Below, piece by piece: positions 57,736 to 64,000 of a DNA stretch of 64,000 nucleotides. The stretch comes from Candidatus Poribacteria bacterium. GTDB taxonomy: Bacteria > Poribacteria > WGA-4E > PCPOR2b. The notes below the pieces were generated by a model. It was not told the DNA's origin. It searched no databases and saw only the letters and a list, made by a program, of their open reading frames with translations. The stretch covers positions 1,632,001 to 1,696,000 of the forward strand of contig OZ244042.1 of NCBI GenBank assembly GCA_965215015.1, given 5' to 3'. The translations under genes were made by a program, and so were the position numbers. Positions within the stretch are counted from its first letter, which is position 1. The number at the start of each line of letters is the position of its first letter.

Positions 57736-59010
57736 CTATTGAGATCCTCCGATTTTTCCACTCGCGTTGGGCAAAGGAGACTGCGGATGCATTGCTCGCG
57801 CCTTCGCCCGGAAGTCAAGTCCTTTTTGACCCAGTGCTTGCAATTCTTCTGGACTGCCATCAAACCATTCCTTCAGGCGTCGTCGGGCGATATGGACATG
57901 CAACACTTCGTCTGCCCAGTCGAAATCCTGAAGGGTTGTCATCAAGGGGTGGCGAGCGGCATCGCGGCAAAACTCAAATTCCTCACGCTTGCCAGGGGGA
58001 TATTTCATGAGACCAGCCTCAACGCCAAAGAGCATAGCATATAACTCCAAGGGGGGCATCTTAAAGAGATAGGCAGCTTCCCAATCGCGTATCGGCATCG
58101 CGGAACGCTCATCGAAAATATCCTCAGTAGCTGCTTCGCCAAAGACGGAATGGCGCATTTCGTCCCAAAGATGGCGGGAGATATCGGCATAGAACCCCCA
58201 CGGCTGGCCTTTCATTTCATACAACACAAAGCCCAACGCTTCCGCAATGGTAGTTTCTCCCAGACGGGTCGCAATCATCTGCATCAAGCGTTCTTCCACC
58301 CGTTCGTTGTCAACATGGATAATATCCCACACACGAGGGAAGGTATCATCGCGGGTGAGCTCCTTCGGAATCAGATAGGGGGTTGTCGCTCGAATGGGTT
58401 GGAGCGCATTGAGGTTCACTTCGCCTATACCATCAATGCCCCCGGCAGCTGCAAGTAAGTTGCGGAGTGTCCCGCTCCAAGTCTCTGCTGCTGCTTCTTT
58501 TTCTGGTGTGTCAACGACATCGTGGTAGGCAGCTTCTAGCAGCCGCAGCCCTTCTTCTACTTCAGCGATAACAGTTTTTAGGATACGCACAGTGGAGTAG
58601 TCCGCCAAACCATTGGTTTCATTGACATACCTGTGATATGCTTCCAAAAGTGCGGGTTTGAACACCTTTGCCAACCCTGCCAACAGTTCAACGGTATTCG
58701 CTGCGTACATTGCTTCATCGAAAACGACCTGCAAAGACCCATCGGGGGTTTGATACGCTTTTGTCTTAGAGACGCGTAGTTCAGGCAACCGGGCCTTGAA
58801 CTGAGACGCATGTTGTGAGGCTTCATATTGGAACCTTGCTAGCAGCACCTTGACATCCCGCTCTGGCGTACTAATAATGTGGGCAGCTTGCTGAAACATC
58901 AACTGTTCTGCCGCGTAAGCGAATTGATGGAGTCGGGCAGCGCATTGATCAACGCTGAATCCCTGCTGTTTTGTATTCTGCAAGCCTGCGTATTGATAGA
59001 GTCGTTTCAT
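57736..59010 (-). CDS. Ferritin-like (DUF455-type) diiron-fold protein with two helical bundles
   Basis: LGET, LWDEMRH, GVEA and WADEVLH di-metal motifs in the C-terminal half. Confidence 0.7.
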   Translation of the reverse strand: MKRLYQYAGLQNTKQQGFSVDQCAARLHQFAYAAEQLMFQQAAHIISTPERDVKVLLARFQYEASQHASQFKARLPELRVSKTKAYQTPDGSLQVVFDEAMYAANTVELLAGLAKVFKPALLEAYHRYVNETNGLADYSTVRILKTVIAEVEEGLRLLEAAYHDVVDTPEKEAAAETWSGTLRNLLAAAGGIDGIGEVNLNALQPIRATTPYLIPKELTRDDTFPRVWDIIHVDNERVEERLMQMIATRLGETTIAEALGFVLYEMKGQPWGFYADISRHLWDEMRHSVFGEAATEDIFDERSAMPIRDWEAAYLFKMPPLELYAMLFGVEAGLMKYPPGKREEFEFCRDAARHPLMTTLQDFDWADEVLHVHIARRRLKEWFDGSPEELQALGQKGLDFRAKARAMHPQSPLPNASGKIGGSQ

Positions 59011-59960
59011 CCTGCTTTCTCCTCACTTTGACATTCCAAAAACATCTCCACTTCCTGACGGGTGGGCATGACGGGCAGCGTTCCCAAACGGGTGACAGCC
59101 AAGGCACCGGCAGCGTTGGCACGACGAATAGCGTCCACAAGCGGCAGTCCCTCCGCCACGACGACAGATAGCGTGCCGGAGAAAGCATCTCCTGCTCCGG
59201 TGGTGTCGACCACATCCACTGAGAAACTTGGAACATGGGTTGTGGCGTCTGTCGTTACAAGCAGGGCACCATGTGCCCCCCGATGTAGTACTACGGCACT
59301 CGGCCCCATTCCGAGCAGCTCACGCGCAGCCCGTTCTGCTGTTGCGTCATCTAAGACAGGATAGCCCACCAAGGTCTCCGTCTCCTGTTCATTAGGTGTC
59401 AGAATCGTGCAGGCACGCCAAGTTTCAGCCGTGTAGGGACGAGCGGGCCCAGCATCCACAATCACCGGAACGTCGTAATCCACCCCAAATCGGACAGCAG
59501 CCGCCACGGCAGGTTCGGGAACTTCAAAATTGACCAAAATGACGTCTAGCGTCCCCTGATGCAACGCTAAGGCTCGTGTTACATCATCGGCACTCAGGTA
59601 ATCGTTGGCCCCCAAGACACCTAAGATGGTGTTTTCGCCATCAGCGTCAATCATTGCGATGCCCACGCCCGTCGAGGCTTCCGGGTGAATCGAGACGGCA
59701 TCCACATCAACTCCTTCTTCTTGCAGGGCAGCCATCTCCATACGTCCAAAAGCGTCGTCCCCTATGCAGCCGAGCAGCACCGCTGCCGCTCCTGCCCTCT
59801 GCACAGCGACGGCGGCGTTAGCTCCTTTACCTCCGGGACCAATCTTAAAATTATCCGCCAGCAGCGTTTCGCCCACAGCGGGCAAGCGGGGCGTTTGCAC
59901 CGCCAGATCTATGACAACGCTACCGATGACAGCAATCTGTTTCGTGCCCTTATCTTTCAT
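59007..59960 (-). CDS. rbsK: Ribokinase (PfkB family)
   Basis: GGKGANAAVA, TPNEQE, VDTTGAGDAF. Confidence 0.88.
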   Translation of the reverse strand: MKDKGTKQIAVIGSVVIDLAVQTPRLPAVGETLLADNFKIGPGGKGANAAVAVQRAGAAAVLLGCIGDDAFGRMEMAALQEEGVDVDAVSIHPEASTGVGIAMIDADGENTILGVLGANDYLSADDVTRALALHQGTLDVILVNFEVPEPAVAAAVRFGVDYDVPVIVDAGPARPYTAETWRACTILTPNEQETETLVGYPVLDDATAERAARELLGMGPSAVVLHRGAHGALLVTTDATTHVPSFSVDVVDTTGAGDAFSGTLSVVVAEGLPLVDAIRRANAAGALAVTRLGTLPVMPTRQEVEMFLECQSEEKAG

Positions 59961-59963
59961 ATG

Positions 59964-61001
59964 TCAGGTTACCTTTAGAATCTGTGCAACCACCTCATTG
60001 GGATCAATTTCTGTCATACACAGATGCGGCAAATCTTTCCGCATACACTTTCGCTTATAACAGGGGCGACATTCCACCGACTTCTCAATAACTTCGTGGT
60101 TTTCGCCATACGGACCGTGACGCGTCGGGCTTGTTGGTCCAAACAGGGCAATCGTTGGTGTCCCTACAGCCGCCGCGATGTGCATCGGACCACTGTCGCA
60201 GGTTAGGTAAAGGTCACAACTTTCAATCAGGGCACCGAGTTGCATCAGCGTTGTCTGCCCAATCAGGTTAATCGCTTCTACCTTTGCAACCTCCACCAAC
60301 GCTTCGCCAAGCGGAATTTCGGTGGGTGAGCCTGTCAACAGTATCCGCGCACCGAAACGCTTTTGGAGTTGTGTTATCACGTCCCCGAAATTCTCCAAAG
60401 CCCAACGCTTTGTACGCCATGTCGTTCCTATATTCACCCCGATCAGGTGCTCCGTGGGGAGGATGCCCTGAGTTGCAAGGGTCTGACGCACCGCATGACG
60501 GTCTGCATCCGTGTGCCAAAACTCCAACTCTGTGCTTGACTCGTGGATATCGATTAACTCTAGCACACGTAGGTAACGGTGGACTTCGTGGAGATCCCGC
60601 CGATCTGAGCAGACCTTTGTCAACAGGATGCCCCGCCCGCTTACATTCGAGCCAATCCGTTCAGGGATGCCTGCCAAAAATGGGATTAATGCGTTACGGA
60701 AGGAGGTTGGGTGAAGGACAATCGCAAGATCGAAACCTGACCGGCGAATCTCGCTCACCGACTTCCAGAAAGATGGCAAACTGCTGAGTGACCTGCCCTT
60801 GCTGTCAATGATGGCTTCATCGATATATGGGTGGGTTGTCATCAAGTCCGCGACGAGTGGACGAATTAGTAGCGACAAGTGGGATCGGGGATACGCGATT
60901 TTCAGCTCCCTTAACGCCGGCGTGAGCAGTACCATGTCCCCGACCCAGCCGCCGGTTTGGGTGACAAGAATTCGATTACTCAACGAATTGTCCTTTGCCA
61001 C
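59964..61001 (-). CDS. waaF: Lipopolysaccharide heptosyltransferase II (GT9)
   Basis: WVGDMVLLTP, KRW, INLIGQTTL, DSGPMHIAAAVGTPTIALFGPT, CRPCYKRKC. Confidence 0.85.
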   Translation of the reverse strand: MAKDNSLSNRILVTQTGGWVGDMVLLTPALRELKIAYPRSHLSLLIRPLVADLMTTHPYIDEAIIDSKGRSLSSLPSFWKSVSEIRRSGFDLAIVLHPTSFRNALIPFLAGIPERIGSNVSGRGILLTKVCSDRRDLHEVHRYLRVLELIDIHESSTELEFWHTDADRHAVRQTLATQGILPTEHLIGVNIGTTWRTKRWALENFGDVITQLQKRFGARILLTGSPTEIPLGEALVEVAKVEAINLIGQTTLMQLGALIESCDLYLTCDSGPMHIAAAVGTPTIALFGPTSPTRHGPYGENHEVIEKSVECRPCYKRKCMRKDLPHLCMTEIDPNEVVAQILKVT

Positions 61002-61105
61002 GTTGGTGGTTTGATTATGACCGCGTACTGGCTAAACGATACCCTTTTAGGCTTTACTCCTTCAATAAACATCGATAAAGAGAGTCGGGATGGGTTTCAG
61101 TGGAC

Positions 61106-62137
61106 TTATTGAATCGGTACGGACCGACCGATTCGGGCGGATTCGTAGAGGGCATCGAAGATTTTCGCAACAATTAGCACCTCTTCCGCGGGTACGGGTG
61201 AGGGTAATCCTTCACGAATTGCTTTGTGGAAGGATTCAAATTCCCCCAGCAAGCCGGTAAGGAGTTCCGGCTCATAGTCGATCATTTCACCTTCTTTATC
61301 CATATAGATGTGTGTCGGACTGTATGTTGCACCGGCACTGTCTCCCATGAAGAAGGTCTGTCCAGTGTTTTCAATATGAGATGCCCACGCGGTCTCCAGC
61401 GTCACGGTTAAACCACCTTCAAAGCGGATAACGCCCATCGCAAAATCTTCGACATCGAATTGGGCAGGGATCCATGTCCCCCACGGATTAATCACGGCGG
61501 CTTGATGTCCAAATTTCTGAGCGACCGATCCAAATGCTTCAATCGGTTTCGGGCAACCGATCATCCACAACAACACATCAAGGATATGCACCCCGATGTC
61601 GATCAGGGGACCCCCTCCCGCTATTGATTTCGTGATAAATGACGGTGAAGCAGGCACACCCCGTCGTCGCATTGCCATTGCGCGAGCGTAGTAAATATTG
61701 CCGAAGAATCCATCATCATATAGCTTGCGTAAAGTCCGCGCCTCTGCTCCAAATCGTGATTGCAACCCAATCTGAAGCACTTTTCCCGACGCTTTCTGGG
61801 CATCGACCATCGCCTGACCGTCGCTTGCATTTCCTGCGATTGGCTTCTCACAGATTACATGTTTTCCAGCTTCAAGTGCCGCTATCGTTGGTGCAGCGTG
61901 AAAGTTATTCGGCGTACAGACACTGACAGCGTCCAACTCAGACATTGCGACGAGGTCGTTGTAATCGGTAAACACATGTTTGATGTTGTGTTGTTTTGCC
62001 CAATCCTCCGCACGCTGCCGGTCAATATCGCAGACAGCGATTATTGAAACGCCTTCGACATTTTGGTGTCCCGGCAAATGTTTGCCACCGGCAATTCCAC
62101 CCGCGCCGATGATACCAACCTTAATTTCTTGCATCAT
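61106..62137 (-). CDS. Gfo/Idh/MocA family oxidoreductase
   Basis: GIIGAGGIA, TPNNFH, KHVICEKP, GGGPLIDIGVHILD. Confidence 0.95.
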   Translation of the reverse strand: MMQEIKVGIIGAGGIAGGKHLPGHQNVEGVSIIAVCDIDRQRAEDWAKQHNIKHVFTDYNDLVAMSELDAVSVCTPNNFHAAPTIAALEAGKHVICEKPIAGNASDGQAMVDAQKASGKVLQIGLQSRFGAEARTLRKLYDDGFFGNIYYARAMAMRRRGVPASPSFITKSIAGGGPLIDIGVHILDVLLWMIGCPKPIEAFGSVAQKFGHQAAVINPWGTWIPAQFDVEDFAMGVIRFEGGLTVTLETAWASHIENTGQTFFMGDSAGATYSPTHIYMDKEGEMIDYEPELLTGLLGEFESFHKAIREGLPSPVPAEEVLIVAKIFDALYESARIGRSVPIQ

Positions 62138-62207
62138 AATTTCCCTTTTGGTGGTTCAGACCTTTGAGTCTTTCATATATCTCTAGACGGTTGGAAGTTG
62201 TATACAA

Positions 62208-63092
62208 TCAATCCGCCCTGTGCATGACCACGCCCTTCGGATTCTCAAAGGCGTCAATCCAGAGACGGCACCACTCCGTATGATCGTCCATCACACTGTC
62301 CGGATCGCGCTGGCTGCGTACGACAAAGTCCGGATGGCCTGTTCTGCCCGTGTGCTGACCGATTGGGTGGTAGCGCAAATCCATTGACCAACGGCACTTA
62401 TCCGAGCGGTTCGGCATCCCACGATGTGGCGTGAAACGGCTCATCAGTACCAGATCGCCCCTGTAACATTCCATTGGCACCGGTTCAATCGCTGGCAGGT
62501 CTTCGGGAAAAATGCTCGTGCCGCCGTGGGGTCTATGCCGCAGATACCCGCCTTTGACCACGCCGGGCAAAACCTCCAGACACCCCATCTCGGCGGTCGC
62601 ATCACCCAATGGCAGCCAGCAGGTGATGATGTCCGAGCCTTCTGCCTCCGGCATGATAACCCCAGCATCTTGGTGCAAGGGACCGATGTGCGAAGTCGGG
62701 TTGCTGTCCTCATAGTACCGGATTGGAGGTGTAGGGCGTAGGTGTTGGATCGGATTGCAGATGATTTCGGGGCCAACGAGCGATTCGATGACATCGAGCA
62801 GATTCTTATTGTGCAGAAATTCAAAGACCGCCTGCCCGCGGTAGTCCATGATGTCAAGACCACTACCAATCTCTTTGGATTGTGCGAACAGGCGTCCGTA
62901 CCGGGTTTCAAACGGTTCATCTTCACACAGGTCTTCGATCTTTCCTTCTGCCTTCAGCTCGTGTGCCCGACAATCGATGAACTCGGCTATCTCATTGATT
63001 ACCGGCTGCAAATCCTCATTGTTGAGGGCATTTTTGACAATCAGGACACCACGGGTATGAAATTCTACAATCTGTTCAGTTGTCAACTTCAT
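62208..63092 (-). CDS. Phytanoyl-CoA dioxygenase (PhyH) family protein
   Basis: LHQDAG, EMGCLEVLPG, TPHRG, RWSMDLRY. Confidence 0.9.
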   Translation of the reverse strand: MKLTTEQIVEFHTRGVLIVKNALNNEDLQPVINEIAEFIDCRAHELKAEGKIEDLCEDEPFETRYGRLFAQSKEIGSGLDIMDYRGQAVFEFLHNKNLLDVIESLVGPEIICNPIQHLRPTPPIRYYEDSNPTSHIGPLHQDAGVIMPEAEGSDIITCWLPLGDATAEMGCLEVLPGVVKGGYLRHRPHGGTSIFPEDLPAIEPVPMECYRGDLVLMSRFTPHRGMPNRSDKCRWSMDLRYHPIGQHTGRTGHPDFVVRSQRDPDSVMDDHTEWCRLWIDAFENPKGVVMHRAD

Positions 63093-63146
63093 CGTGTTCC
63101 TCCGAATTTAGATGATAGTGATTCTAAATACAATCCGCATTCCTTT

Positions 63147-64000
63147 CTAATGAACCTTAACCAACTTGCGAAAGCTGCGGACTTCTCTGGGGGGAGAAAG
63201 ATTTCGACCATAGGCAGCCCAAGAAACCTCGCCCACGTATATATCTCCATGCGAATCAATTGCTATACCGTGGGGGGAGATAAATTGTCCGGGACCCTCG
63301 CCACGCCACACATCGCCCAATCGGGCGAGACGGTGACCATTCAGGGCGTGAATGGTAACACAGCCGCCAATGTTAGGATAGTCAGCGTTTACTTCAAGTT
63401 GGGTCGGAACTTGACCGATGTAGACCAGGTCGTCTTCAATGTGCAATCCACAAGGACGATGCAGATTGTTCCATTGGCCTAAATAGTGCCCCCCCTCATC
63501 GAATATCTGTACACGATGGCTTTCCCGGTCGGCAACGTATACCTTACCCTCGCTGTCGGTACAGACGCTGTGCACCAAGTTGAACTGCCCCGGATCCGTT
63601 CCATACTCTCCCCAAGAGAAAAGATGCGCCCCATCGGGGGAAAACTTGTGTACTCTGGCATTGCCGTATCCGTCCGATATATAGAGCTCATCGGTTTTGG
63701 GGTCAAAGGCTACCTTGGTTGGTCTGTTAAAGGGTTGTCCACTGTGAATTGGCGCAGGTTCGCCGGGTGTGCTGATAGTCATCAAAACTTCGCCATCGGG
63801 AGCACATTTCCGGATCGAGTGATCGCCGTCGTCCACGCAATAGAGCATTCCATCGGGACCTACAGTAACGCCGTGGGCGCGGGTAAACAAATCCTCTCCC
63901 CATGAGGCGACAAAGCTGCCGTCCTGCTCAAAGATTATCATGGGATGCTCACCCCGGTTGAATACATAGACGCGGTCTTGTGAATCCACTACTACATCGG
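63147..64000 (-). CDS. NHL-repeat protein (peptidyl-alpha-hydroxyglycine alpha-amidating lyase-like), 5' partial
   Basis: DSQDRVYVFNRG, FNRPT, DGYGNARVHKF, VADRESHRVQIF, PHGIAIDS; frame open to the window edge. Confidence 0.9.
   Translation of the reverse strand, partial: DVVVDSQDRVYVFNRGEHPMIIFEQDGSFVASWGEDLFTRAHGVTVGPDGMLYCVDDGDHSIRKCAPDGEVLMTISTPGEPAPIHSGQPFNRPTKVAFDPKTDELYISDGYGNARVHKFSPDGAHLFSWGEYGTDPGQFNLVHSVCTDSEGKVYVADRESHRVQIFDEGGHYLGQWNNLHRPCGLHIEDDLVYIGQVPTQLEVNADYPNIGGCVTIHALNGHRLARLGDVWRGEGPGQFISPHGIAIDSHGDIYVGEVSWAAYGRNLSPPREVRSFRKLVKVH

Noticed and set aside
1-64000. Genome-wide TGA reassignment (code 4 or 25) to explain the in-frame TGAs
   Set aside because: Many intact genes end at TGA at their expected C-termini (for example 4287, 7487, 18539, 28277) and Trp is encoded by TGG throughout.

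Overview
Bacterial chromosomal window in genetic code 11 (many genes end in TGA). It is probably Candidatus Poribacteria or a relative, inferred from four PhyH dioxygenases, a PhyH-HEAT fusion, NHL/PD40 repeat proteins and C-terminal 'GKLATTWGxLK' tails. It holds about 50 intact CDS, mostly accessory metabolism: GNATs, methyltransferases, DegT aminotransferases, Gfo/Idh/MocA oxidoreductases, GH4, CocE, MsrP, RbsK, WaaF, uridine kinase and rpsU. There are also many decayed gene remnants and REP-like palindromes. I saw no rRNA, tRNA, CRISPR array or intact transposase. Best finding: the two minus-strand ORFs 52081-52908 and 51262-52071 are one reading frame broken by a single in-frame TGA (HPSADI-TGA-GSGVG). 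A hairpin resembling the E. coli fdhF SECIS follows it (GGGCA-GGUC-UGUCC). A diverged paralogous remnant at 53350-53760 keeps both the TGA and the hairpin. This points to a possibly undescribed membrane-anchored DUF4159-type selenoprotein of about 535 aa (Sec263), next to a TolB-like lipoprotein. Other notable items: a full-length EF-Tu paralog with remodelled GTPase and aminoacyl-pocket motifs, an HtrA/DegQ protein lacking its catalytic triad, a phosphatase-CYTH-halfCHAD-halfCHAD-ROK (polyphosphate-type) cluster, a Tpt1/ART-like protein and a candidate structured RNA at 54229-54337. All family assignments come from motif recognition by eye, with no database searches.
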